From Mobula hypostoma (lineage: Eukaryota), in NCBI RefSeq assembly GCF_963921235.1, contig NC_086097.1:227666001-227730000 (forward strand): DNA of 64,000 nucleotides, in the 5' to 3' direction. Below are positions 51,715-63,090 of this stretch, piece by piece; positions within the stretch are counted from its first letter, which is position 1; each line of letters begins with the position of its first letter. The position numbers and the translations under genes are program-made. The notes under the pieces are model-generated. The model saw nothing but the letters and a program-made list of their open reading frames with translations. It ran no database searches and was not told the DNA's origin.

Positions 51715-51858
51715 CAACACACTCAAAATGCTGGAGGGAAATGAACAGTCAACATTTCAGGCCAAGACCCTTCATCAGGACTTCTATGAAGGGAAATGAG
51801 CAGTTGACATTTCTAGCCGAGACCTTTAATCAGGACTCACTAAGGAGGGAAATAGAAC
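51715..51858 (-). repeat. Penelope-end fragment with two tandem ~55-bp hammerhead-containing units
   Basis: Units start GAGGGAAATGAACAG (51734), GAAGGGAAATGAGCAG (51788) and a partial third (51845); decayed CTGATGA...GAAA motifs on the minus strand at 51747-51782 and 51802-51837. Confidence 0.7.
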
Positions 51859-52504
51859 ATAATTCATACATAGAACATAACAGCACAGAACAGGACGTAC
51901 AGCCCATGATGTTGTGCTAACCTTTTAGTCATTTTGAAGTTCAATCTAATCCCTTGTACACAACCCTCCATTTTTCTATCAACTATATGCCTATCTAAGA
52001 TTTTCTTAAATGCCTGTAATACACCTGGCTCTACCACCACCTCTGGCAAGGTGCTCCACACACTCACCACTCTCTGTGTAAAGAATTTATCTCTAATATC
52101 CCCCTATATAGTACTTTCATCCAATCACCATAAAATTATGCCCCCTTGAACTAACCATTTCCACCCTGGGAAAATGTCTCTGGCTATCCACTCTAGCTAT
52201 GCCATTTATCACCTTGTACACCTCTATCAAGTCACCTCTCATTCTCCTTTGATCTAAAGCAAAAAGACCTTTCTAACTCAACCTTTCTTCATAAGGTATG
52301 TGCTCTAGTCCAGACAGCATCCTGGTAAATCTCCTGTGCACTCACTCTAAAGCTTCCACATCCTTTCAATAAAGAGGCAACCAGAACTGAATACAGTCTT
52401 CCAAGTGTAGTCTAACCACAGTTTTATAGAACTGTGACATGACCTAGCAGCTCTTGAACTTAATGCCAGAACTAATGAAAGCAAGAAAGCTGTATGCCTT
52501 TTTA
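51859..52504 (-). mobile_element. CR1 3' fragment
   Basis: VVSVWSTLPEVVVE motif (51864-52070); (CATAGAA) tail. Confidence 0.85.
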
Positions 52505-53412
52505 CTTATCTATTGATGTCTACTATAAGCCTACTGACTCTCACAGCTATCTGGACTATTCTTCTTCTCACCCTGTCTCTTGCAAAAATGCCATCCCCTT
52601 TTCACAATTCCTCTGTCTCCGCCGCATCTGCTCTCAGGATGAGGCTTTTCATTCCAGGACGAGGGAGATGTCCTCCTTTTTTAAAGAAAGGGGCTTCTCT
52701 TCCTCCACCACCAACTCTGCTCTCAAATGCATCTCCCCCATTTCACGTACATCTGCTCTCACTCCATCCTCCTGCCACCCCACTAGGAATAGGGTTCCCC
52801 TGGTCCTCACCTACCGCCCCACCAGCCTTTGGGTCCAACATATTATTCTCCGTAACTTCCGCCACCTCCAACAGGATCCCACCAATAAGCACATCTTTCC
52901 CTACCTCCCCCCCCCCCGCCTTCCACAGGGATCGCTCCCTATACGACTCCCTTGTCCATTCGTCCCTCCCACTCCTCCCCACTGATCTCCCTCCTGACAC
53001 TTATCCTTGTAAGCGGAACAAGTGCTACACATGCCCTTACACTTCCTCCCTTACCACCATTCAGGGCCCCAGACTGTCCTTCCAGGTGAGGCGACACTTC
53101 ACCTGTGAGTCGGCTGGGGTGATATACTGCATCCGGTGCTCCCGATGTGGCCTTCTATATAATGGCAAGACCCAACGCAGATTGGGAGATCGTTTTGCTG
53201 AACACCTACGCTCTGCCCGCCAGAGAAAGCAGGATCTCCCAGTGGCCGCACATTTTAATTCCACATCCCATTCCCATTCTGATATGTCTATCCACGGCCT
53301 CTTTTACTGTAAAGATGAAACCACACTCAGGTTGGAGGAACAACACCTTATATTCCGTCTGGGTAACCTCCAACCTGATGGCATGAACAATGACTTTTCT
53401 AACTTCCGCTAA
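52505..53412 (+). pseudogene. Penelope RT C-terminus / GIY-YIG endonuclease, one frameshift at the poly-C tract near 52907-52920
   Basis: RT part is in ORF 52494-52985; the endonuclease is in the second half of ORF 52513-53412. Confidence 0.9.
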
Positions 53413-53851
53413 TGCCCCACTTCCCCCTCGTACCCCATCCGTTATTTATTTATTTATATACACACATTCCTTTTTTCTCTCTCTCCTTTTTCTCCCTCTG
53501 TCCCTCTCACTATACCTCTTGCCCATCCTTTGGGTTTCCCCCCTCCCCCTTTTCCTTCTCCCTAGGCCTCCTGTCCCATGATCCTCTCATATCCCTTTTG
53601 CCAATCACCTGTCCAGTTCTTGGCTCCATCCCTTCCCCCTCCTGTCTTCTCCTATCATTTTGGATCTCCCCCTCCCCCTCCCACTTTCAAATCTCTTACC
53701 AGCTCTTCCTTCAGTTAGTCCTGACGAAGGGTCTCGGCCCGAAATGTTGACTGTACCTCTTCTTAGGAATGCTGCCTGGCCTGCTGTGTTCACCAGCAAC
53801 TTTGATGTGTGGTGCTTGAATTTCTAGCATCTGCAGAATTCCTCGCGTTTG
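52505..53851 (+). mobile_element. Penelope-like element (Neptune-type), 5'-truncated: RT thumb, Cys-rich linker, GIY-YIG endonuclease, 3' end with hammerhead motif (53717-53752)
   Basis: DVYYKPTDSHSYLDYSSSHP..CKNAIPFSQFLCLRRICS; PCKRNKCYTCPY; FTCESAGVIYCIRCSRCGLLYNGKTQRRLGDRFAEH; flanking direct repeat CCTTTTTA (52497-52504, 53854-53861). Confidence 0.95.
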
Positions 53852-54039
53852 TACCTTTTTAACAACGCTAAAATGAACAACTATATTTTAATCTTGATTT
53901 GGATTTCTGAATTAGAAGCAGGTTTAATATCATCAGCATATTTCATATTGTTGTTTTCAATTAAAAAGAACCATGAGGAGCGAAAAGATGAACTATGAAG
54001 GTAAAGTAGCCAATAATATCAAAGACGATACTAAAAGAT

Positions 54040-54088
<49 letters not shown>

Positions 54089-54094
54089 ATATAC

Positions 54095-54132
<38 letters not shown>
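54040..54132. repeat. Compound (TA)(TG)(TA)(GA) microsatellite
   Basis: Directly visible. Confidence 0.95.
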
Positions 54133-54371
54133 TGTAAAAAAGAGGTGAGAGTGGATATCGGTGCACTGCAAAATGGCACTGGAGAGGTAGTAATGTGTGA
54201 TGAAGAAATAACGTACAAACTTAAGTATTTTGCATCGGTCTTCACTATGGAAGTCACCAGCAGTATGACAGAAATTCAACAGTGTCAGGAAGCAGAAATG
54301 AGTGTAGTTGCTATCACTAAGGAGAAGGTTCTTGGGAAGCTGAAAGATCTGAAAGTGGGTAAGTCACCTGG

Positions 54372-54810
54372 AATCAGAAACAGGTTTATTAGCACCGGCA
54401 TGTGACGTGAAATTTGTTAACTGAGCAGCAGCAGTTCAATGCAATATATAATCTAGGAGAGAGAAAATAGTAACAATAATAATAATAAATAAAATGTTAA
54501 AAAATAATAATAAATAAATAAGTCAATTACAGTATACATATATTGAATAGATTAAAAACATGCAAAAATAGAAATAATGTATATTTAAAAAAAGTGAGGT
54601 AGTGGCCAAAGATTTAATGTCCATTTAGGAATCAGATGGCAGAGGGGAAGAAGCTGTTCCTGAGTCGGTGAGTGTGTGCCTTCAGGCTTCTGTATCTCCT
54701 ACCTGATGGTAACAGTGAGAAAAGGGCATGTCCTGGGTGCTGGAAGTCCTTAATAATGGATGCTACCTTTCTGAGACACCACTTCCTGAAGATGTGCTGT
54801 GTACTTTGTA
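54372..54810 (-). mobile_element. Rex1/Babar 3' fragment inserted in CR1
   Basis: KVASIIKDFQHPGHALFSLLPSGRRYRSLKAHTHRLRNSFFPSAI (54632-54800); AATAAACCTGTTTCTGATT tail on the minus strand. Confidence 0.88.
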
Positions 54811-55164
54811 GGCTAGATGGACTACACACCAGAGTTCTGAAAGAGGTTCCTGAAGGGATTGTGGAGGCATTAGTAATGGTCTTACAAGAATCACCTGGTT
54901 CTGGAACAGTTCTTGAAGCTTGGAAAATTGCAAATGTTATTCCACTCTTTAACAAAGGAGGCAAGCAAAAGAAAGAAAATTATAAGCCAGTAAGCCTGAC
55001 TTCAATGGTTGGGAAGATGTTGGAGTCCATTAATTAAGGATTAGGTTTTGGAGTACTTGGAGGCACATGATAAAATAGACCAAAGTCAGCATGGTTTCCT
55101 CAAGAAGAACTCTTGCCTGAGAAATCTGCTGGAATTCTTTGAGGAATTATGAGGCTAATAGGCA

Positions 55165-57582
55165 GGAAATTGGGAACAGATGTTCTCAGGGAAAAGTACG
55201 GAAGAAATGTGGCAACTGCTCAGGGGACATTTGTGTGGACTTCTGCACAGGTACATACCAATGAGACAGGGAAGTTATGGTAGGGTACGGGAACCGTGGT
55301 GTACAAAGGCTGTAATCAATCTAGTCAAATAGAAAAGAAAAGCTTACAAAAGGTTCAGAGAGCTAGGTAATTTTAGAGATCTAGACACGTGGCCAGGTGG
55401 TTAAGGCATTGGACTAGTAACCTGAAGGTTGCGAGTTTGAGCCCCAGCCGCGTTGTGCCTTGAGCAAGGCACTTAATCACACATTGCTCTGCAACGACAC
55501 TGGTGCCAAGCTGTATGGGGCCTAATGCCCTCCCCTTGGACAACATTGGTGTTGTGGAGAGGGGCCACTTGCAGCATGGGCAACTACTGGTCTTCCATAC
55601 AACCTTGCCCAGGCCTGCGCCCTGGAAGACTTTCCAGGCGCAGATCCATGGTCTCGCAAGACTAACGGATGCCTTAAAAAGAAGATTATAAGGCTAATAG
55701 GAAGGAGCTTAAGGAAGAAATTAGGAGAGCCAGAAGGGGCCATGAGAAGGCCTTGGTGGGCAGGATTAAGGAAAACCCCAAGGCATTCTACAAGTATGTG
55801 AAGAGCAAGAGGATAAGACGTGAAAGGATAGGACCTATCAAGTGTGACAGTGGGAAAGTGTGTATGGAACCGGAGGAAATAGCAGAGGTACTTAATGAAT
55901 ACTTTACTTCAGTATTCACTATGGAAAAGGATCTTGGTGATTGTAGTGATGACTTGCAGTAAACTGAGAAACTTGAGCATGTAGATAATAAGAAAGAGGA
56001 TGTGCTGGAGCTTTTGGAAAGTATCAAGTTGGATAAGTCATCAGGACTGGATGAGATGTACCCCAGGCTACTGTGGGAGGCGAGGGAGGAGATTGCTGAG
56101 CTACTGGTGATGATCTTTGCATCATCAATGGAGACGGGAGAGGTTCCAGAGGATTGGAGGGTTGCAGATATTGTTCCTTTATTCAAGAAAGGGAGTAGAG
56201 ATAGCCCAGGTAATTATAGACCAGTGAGTTTCACCTCAGTGGTTGGTAAGTTGATGGAGAAGATCCTGAGAGGCAGGATTAATGAACATCTGGAGAGGTA
56301 TAATATGATAAGGAATAGTCAGCATGGCTTTGTCAAGGGCTGGTCATGCCTTACGAGCCTGATTGAATTTTTTGAGGATGTGACTCAACACATTGATGAA
56401 GGAAGAGCAGTAGATGTAGTGTATATGGATTTTAGCAAGGCATTTGATAAGGTACCCCATGCAAGGCTTATTGATAAAGTAAGGAGGCATGGGATCCAAG
56501 GGGACATTGCTTTGTTATTCCAGAACTGGCTTGCTCACAGAAGGCAAAGAGTGGTTGTAGGAGGGTCATATTTTGCATTGAGGTAGGTCACCAGTGGTGT
56601 GCCTCAGGGATCTGTTCTGGGACCCTTACTCTTCGTGATTTTTATAAATGACCTTAATGAGGAAGTGGAGGGATGGATTAGTAAGTTTGATGATGACACA
56701 AAGGTTGGGGGTGTTGTGGATAGTGTGGAGGACTGTCAAAGGTTATAGCAGGACATTGATAGGATGCAAAACTGGGCTGAGAAGTGGCAGATGGAATTCA
56801 ACCTAGATAAGTGTGAAGTGGTTCATTTTGGTAGGTCAAATATGAAGGCAGAATATAGTATTAATGGTAAGACTCTTGGCAGTGTGGAGGATCAGAGGGA
56901 TCTTGGAGTCTGAGTCCATAGGACACTCAAAGCAGCTGCGCAGGTTGACTCTGTGGTTAAGAAGGTGTACGGTGTATTGGCCTTCATCAAATGTGGAATT
57001 GAATTTAGGAACTGGGAGGTAATGTTGCAGCTATGTAGGACCCCAGTCAGACCCCACTTAGAGTACTGTGCTCAGTTCAGGTCACCTTACTACAGGAAGG
57101 ATGCGGAAGCCATAGAAAAGGTGCAGAGGAGATTTACAAGGATGTTGCCTGGATTGGGGAGCATGCCTTATCCTCAGCCTTTTCTCCTTGGAGTGACAGA
57201 GGATGAGAGGTGACCTGATAGAGGTGTATAAGATGATGAGAGGCATTGATCATGTGGATAGTCAGAGGCTTTTTCCCAGGGCTGAAATGGTTGCCACAAG
57301 AGGACACAGGTTTAACGTGCCGGGAGTAGGTAGAGAGGAGATGTCAGAGGTAAGTTTTTTACTCAGAGTGGTGAGTGCGTGGAATGGGCTGCCGGCAATG
57401 GTGGTGGAGGCAGATATGATAGGGTCTTTTAAGGGACTTTTGGATAAGTACATGGAGATTAGAAAAATAGCAGCTATAGGTAATATAAGCCTAGTAATTT
57501 CTAAGGTAGGGACATGATCAGCACAACTTTGTGGGCCGAAGGGCCTGTACTGTGCTGTAGGTTTTCTGTTTCTATGTTTCTA
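55165..57582 (+). mobile_element. 5'-truncated CR1 (copy B) nested in copy A
   Basis: IKENPKAFYKYVK (55753), NYRPVSFTS/QHGF/DFSKAFDKVPH (56002-56586), [11 protein letters not shown]-terminus; TTTCTATGTTTCTA tail. Confidence 0.95.
55387..55682 (+). mobile_element. tRNA-derived SINE inside CR1 copy B
   Basis: A-box GTGGCCAGGTGG, B-box GAGTTTGAGCC, CCTTGAGCAAGGCACTTAA motif; CR1 frame (...RDLE / DYKANRK) is split by it. Confidence 0.85.
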
Positions 57583-59395
57583 AAGATACTAGCATGGGTA
57601 GAAGATTGGCAGGCCAGCAGGAGACAAAGAGTGGGAATAAAGGGGACTTTTCTCATTGGTTGCCAGTGACTAGTGTTGTTCCGCAGGAGCTGGTATTGGC
57701 ATTGCTTCTTCTCACATTATATGTCAATGATTTGGATGATGGAATTTATAGATTTGTGGCCAAGTTTGCAGACAGTATGAAGATAGGTGGAGAGACAGAT
57801 GGTGTTGAGGACATGGGGGGTCTGCAGAAAGACTTAGACAGATTGGGCATATGGGCAAAGAAGTGGCAGATGGAATATGGTGCAGGAAAGTGTATGATCA
57901 TGCACTTTGCTAAAAAGAATAAAGGCATATACTATTTTCTAAATGGGGGAAAATCCAAGAATCAGAGCTGCAGAGGTACTTTTGGAGTCCTTGTGCAGGA
58001 TTCCTTGAAGGTTAACTTGTAGGGTAAGTCAGGGTTAAGGAAGGCAAATGCAATGTTCACACTTATTTTTTAGATTAGATTATGAGAACACTCAGTCCTC
58101 TTTTATTGTCATTTAGAAATGCATACATGCATTAAAAAATGATACAATGTTTCTCCAGAGTGATATCAAAGAAAACAAGATAGACCAAAGACTAACACTG
58201 ACAGAACCACATAATTATAACATATAGTTACAGCAGTGCAAAGCAATACCATAATTTGATAAAGAACAGACCATAGGCACAGTAAAAAAAAGTCTCAAAG
58301 CCCTGAGTCGATCGACTCCCGAGTCCCCGATAGCAGGCAGCAAAAGGGAGAAACTCCCTGCCATAAACCTCCAGGCACCATCAACTTGCCGATATCTTGG
58401 AAGCAGCCGAGCCCAGCCGACCCTAAGTCCATCCGTCCGAAAACTCTGAGCTTCCGACCAGCCACTCCGATACAGCCTCCCAAGCGCCATCCTCTGCCGA
58501 GTGCCTTCGATCTCTCCCTGGCCGCTGAAACATGCAAAGTTGAGGATTTCGGGGCCTTCAGCTCCAGATATTCCGGTTACCACACAGTAATAGCGGCAGC
58601 AAAGCAGGCATTTCAGAAGTTTTCGAGATGTTCCGCTGTGCTCTCACATCTGTCTCCATCAAATCAGAATTGTGCACGGTCCCCTACTTGACAGATAACA
58701 GATATCATCACCGAAGTGGCTGCGCGTGCTGTCGTCATGTCGCAGTCTTCTCCCCACTCCCGGGAGGATATTATTATATATCGCGAGGTTATTTTGCGAG
58801 GACTAAGATATAAAAGCATGGATATAATGCTGAGGCTTTATTGGGCATTTGTCAGACAGCATTTGGAGTGGTGTGAGAAGCTTTGTGGCTCTTATCTAAG
58901 AAAAGGTATTCTGGCATTAGTGAGGGTCCAGAGGAGGTTCACGAGAATGATTCTGGGAATCAGATGGTTAACATATGAGGAGCATTTGATGGCTCTGGTT
59001 CTGTACTCATTGGAATTTAAAAGAATGAGGAGTATCCACTGAAACCTATTGAGTATTGAAAGATCGAGATAGAGTGGATGTGGCAAGGATGTTCCTATAG
59101 TGGGTGAATCTAGGAGCAGAGGGCACAGCCCCAGGGAGTTCATTTAGAACAGAAATGAGGAGGAATTTCTTTAGCCAGGCAGTAGTGAATCTGTGGAATT
59201 CATTGCCACAGACAGCTTTGGAGGCCACATATTTAAAGCAGAGGTTGATGGGTTCTTGATTAGTCAGGCCATCAAAGGTTACGGGGAAAAGGTGGTAGAA
59301 TGGAATTCAGAGGCATAATGAAGCAGCCATGACTCATTGATAGAGAAGACTTGATGGACTGAATGGCCTAATTCTGCTACTATGTCTTATGGTTT
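57583..59395 (+). mobile_element. CR1 copy A, 3' part
   Basis: VTSVVPQELVL..YVNDLDDG..KFADSMKIGG (57594-58022); RQHLEWC..RVQRRFTRMI (58716-59042); terminal CTAATTCTGCTACTATGTCTTATGG. Confidence 0.88.
58070..58788 (-). mobile_element. Full-length copy of the (TCTAA)n-tailed family, inside CR1
   Basis: Aligns to 39445-40135; candidate TSD TTATTTT (58063-58069, 58789-58795). Confidence 0.85.
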
Positions 59396-61043
59396 ATATA
59401 TCTATAATATACTGTATACATAAATACATACATACATGCATACACACTCATTCAGGAGGTGGACAATAAAGTGGCCACTGAATGTATTTCTGTATGTTCA
59501 AGGTCTTCTGCTGCTGCAGCCCATCCACTTCAAAGTTCAATGTGTTGTGCACTATCATCTCCTGTCAGCTTGAACCAGTGTCTATTCTACCCATAGAATT
59601 GCTGTTCAAATCAAATAGTTCAATTAAATGTCAGAGAATGTATACAGTATACAACCTGAAGCTTTTACACTTTGCAGACATCCACAAAACAGAAAAAATT
59701 CTGAAGAATGAATGACAGAAATATCAGAACCCCAAAGGCCCCTCCCATGCACCCCCCCCCCAGCCTCCATCCTCCCCACCATGCAAGCAATAGCAAAAGC
59801 TCCCAAAGAGACCATGATCTGGAGTCCATCAGAAAAATACAGTCCATAACCCAACCCCTTGGTATCTCAGACAGACCCTCTCTCACTGGTATGTCTGTAG
59901 AAATTTGCTAGAGCCTTTCCAGTGGTTCATAGGAAGAAATGCATGTATGTATATCTGACTTCTGAATTTATTAATAATGTGAGAGCTCGTTCATATGTAG
60001 GGGGTGGTGATCATTCAGGCTTTCATAGCTCAAAGGTGGTCCGCACAAGAATGGCAATTGTGCCAAAACTCAACTAATGATGTCTTAACTCGTATTAGAT
60101 CCCAAGAATTCCAAGTAAAAATTACAAGTTTCAACTGCGTGCATTCAGTAAATAAAAAAAATACTGAAAACAGCATTGCTAGGCTTAACTAATGTTGCAT
60201 ACAAACTGATGTTTTACCTGAGGAAAAATATAAACTTGGGGCAAATCTTGTCCATCAGTATTTTTTAGCCATTTCACTCAATCTCTATGATGTGCAGAGC
60301 CATTAACCTTCACAAAAGCTTCTAGGAAATTGAAGCAACACTTTTCTTTTTTGGCCTTAATTTCATTTTTTTTAAACGGAGTTTGTACAAACATTATTTT
60401 CCCATTCTAAAAGAAACACAGATGAGGTACAGCACGCAGTAGGTACAAATGTCAAACCAAGACCAAAGATGCCAGATTGTTTCTTCTAATGCGTAAATTA
60501 AGCATGAGCTGTGCGGAGCTAAGGAAGTGGGGGCACGCATCTGCCCTCCTGCAGTCAACTGCTTGTTTTGGATCTGAAATATTCTATTGATAATTAGAGC
60601 AGTTAATTGTTTATTCAGGTAGGCAGAGTCACCGAGAGGATGATACAGCTTCGTGGATAAATCAACATCCACAACCTAATATAGTAATGTGTCAATGTCG
60701 AGCTGTATTATGATGAACATAGTTAGGGAGCATTACTCTGCTAATGCATTAATTATCCAGCAAATAAACCAGCATTTATTTTGCTTTATAACAAGATTAC
60801 TTATACTTCGCGGAGCAGGATATGAATAATACCAAATTGTTCGTTGCTTATGACAAGCAGATAAATGGTAAGTTACTTCCATTGCAATAATGATTAATTT
60901 ACATCCTTTCAAGAATAATTGATGTGACTGAATATTCCTCCTATGCCAACATCACAACATGCTGGATGTCCTGCAACCCTTTGGAATTACAGCTTCTCTA
61001 CACTTCACTCAGGTGAGGCTGGATGCAGGATGGAACAGCTCCA

Positions 61044-61671
61044 ACAAAACACCGGAGGAAGCATCTATGGAAGAGAATAAACAGTCGACATTTCGGGGCA
61101 GAGACCCATCTTCAGGAATGTACTGAAGAAGGGCCTCAGCCTGAAATGTCGACTCTTTAAGATTCAGCATTCATTTATTATCAAAGGATGAATGAAATAT
61201 ACAACCTCGAGATTTGCTTGCTCGCAGGTAGCCGCAAAGCCTGAAGCTGGAAAGAGCCAAATTAAAGACAAAAAAAACATTCGATTCCCAAGGGAAAGGG
61301 AAAAAAAATACAACTCGCGTAAACAATTGCAGCGAACAACAGCATTCTGATCCAAAAATTAGTCCTCAAATCCGAGCCCTGGAGCAGCTGGGAGTAGGCC
61401 CAGAGCCTCACTCATCAGTTCTTCATATTAGCGGGCATGGAGGACAGCAGCTAGGGCAGCCTTCATAGCCTCAGTGCCATGGAGATGGCTATCACAGAGA
61501 ATGAGCGAAATAGGCTCTCATCCCCATCGACACCCTAGCTTTCCAGTCTAGCTGGGTCAGCTCAGATTAAGTTTACTCTTTTCCATAGATGCTGCCTGGC
61601 CTGCTGAGTTCCTCCAGCATGTTGTGTGTGTTGCTCTGGATTTCCAGCAACTGCAGGTTTTCTCCTGTTGG
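61044..61671. mobile_element. Fold-back Penelope-end miniature element with a nested insertion
   Basis: Exact 13-bp TSD TGGAACAGCTCCA (61031-61043, 61672-61684); back-to-back hammerhead motifs at 61083-61154; 3' arm resumes at ~61575. Confidence 0.8.
61160..61575 (-). mobile_element. Non-autonomous Rex1-tailed element
   Basis: TTCATTTATTATCAAAGGATG terminus; similar to 38755-39000 and to the reverse complement of 15400-15670. Confidence 0.6.
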
Positions 61672-61936
61672 TGGAACAGCTCCAGAACTACTGTCATTTC
61701 ATTGAACATTTGGTAGGAATATAATAAATACGTGGCAGTGCAGAGTCAGAAAGTTGGAGGAAATAGAAGGCTACAGATTCATTAAGTCCATCATAAATGG
61801 TACTATTTACTTAATCGTTATCAAAATTATGTCAACGCTATAAAATGATAAGTGCTTTCCTTTCTAAACTCCAAATGATAGCAACCCACTCCTTCCTTAG
61901 TTTTTGCACAAGTTAGATGGAATTTGAATCGGGTAA

Positions 61937-62128
61937 CGCACACAAAATGCTGGAGGAACTCAGTAGGTCAGGTAGCACCTGTGGAGGGGAATAAACAGTC
62001 AACTATGCAGGCCGAGGCTCTTCGTCAGGTTGTTTATTCCCCTCTCTTGATGTTGCCTGACCTACCAAGTTCCTCCAGCATTTTGTGCATGTTGCTCAAG
62101 ATTTCCAGCATCTGCAGAATCTCTTGTT
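61937..62128. mobile_element. Fold-back Penelope-end miniature element
   Basis: CACAAAATGCTGGAGGAACT...GGAATAAACA / TGTTTATTCC...AGTTCCTCCAGCATTTTGTG arms, then ATTTCCAGCATCTGCAGAATCTCTTGTTT tail. Confidence 0.8.
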
Positions 62129-62884
62129 TTAATCTGGCAGAATGCCTCAGAGACATTCTTTCATCCCATATTTTCTGCACTCACACAGATGAGTCCATAA
62201 TTTCTTATTTTATTTTATTCCTTATATCCTTCAGATTCTGAACTGTACACTTGTTTACACTGTTAACTTGCATCCAGTAGGAAAAATTAGCACATAAAAA
62301 AATAGAAGATAATCTTCCAAAAAGGCCTTAGGAGTCGGTGGGATCAAGAATTTTCATCTTACTATTCTAAGATGATTTAAATTAAAATCCCTGAGGGAAA
62401 ACATGATGTTTTAAACTACACCATTACATAACCAGCCATATCTTGTTTTTAATAATTTATCCAAAAGAGATTTATTTTTAACTTCTCTGAAGAAAGGTCA
62501 TTGACCAGAAGTGCTAACTCAATTTCTCTCTGCACTAATGCTGCCTCACTTGCTGAGTGTTAGCAGCATTTTCAGAGTTCATTTCAGATTTTAATTGGTA
62601 TTGATAGCCACATTATTCGTAAAGTACATCCCTGCTTCCTGACAACATAAAACTAGACATAAAAGAAGATGTGTGGAGGACACACAGCACATGAAAGGGA
62701 TCTAGGCACACTAAATGTATGTGTAAGCAATTTGTGTACCGAAATGTAATGTGGGTACATATGTTGGATAATCTTTTAGATAATAAAACTAATCTTTAAT
62801 CTTAATTTACTTGAGTAAAATGCTGATGTACAGAGGAATTTGGAACCCAATTACATGAGTTATAATGCTATTAAGCAGGTACAA

Positions 62885-63090
62885 ACCTCCAAGAGGACCA
62901 CAACCTTGTGATGGCTTGGAGACTTGCATGCCTCACTGGCCCAGAGATCTATGTTGGCTGGAGTCAGGGTGTTACGCTTTAACTCCTGGTAGGGTCACCA
63001 ATGCCAAACAGGTCAAAGGGTAGAGGCCGGACTAAGATTGGTCCACTAGTCCTCCAGGTTCGCAGGTTCAGCTCTAGGCTAGCAACAATG
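62885..63090 (+). mobile_element. RTE (BovB/Expander-like) 5' UTR fragment inside an old CR1 remnant (~62650-63660)
   Basis: GGACCACAACCTTGTGATGGC...TAGGGTCACCAATGCCAAACAGGTC...GGCTAGCAAC resembles RTE 5' UTRs (recalled, not searched). Confidence 0.55.

Larger units (their letters stand above)
53960..55160 (+). mobile_element. CR1 ORF2 segment (copy A, 5' part), interrupted by a microsatellite and a Rex1 fragment
   Basis: LKYFASVFT...LKVGKSPG then DGLHTRVLKEV...WKIANVIPLFNKG...NYKPVSLTS. Confidence 0.88.

Noticed and set aside
55387..55450. tRNA gene
   Set aside because: tRNA-like SINE head with no complete acceptor stem or terminator; it continues into the SINE body. The same applies to ~17555-17620.
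55144..55706. Apparent direct repeat ATTATGAGGCTAATAGGCAGGA / ATTATAAGGCTAATAGGAAGGA as a TSD
   Set aside because: Each copy can be explained as ordinary CR1 ORF2 sequence, and CR1 copy B reads through the interval apart from the SINE; probably coincidental.
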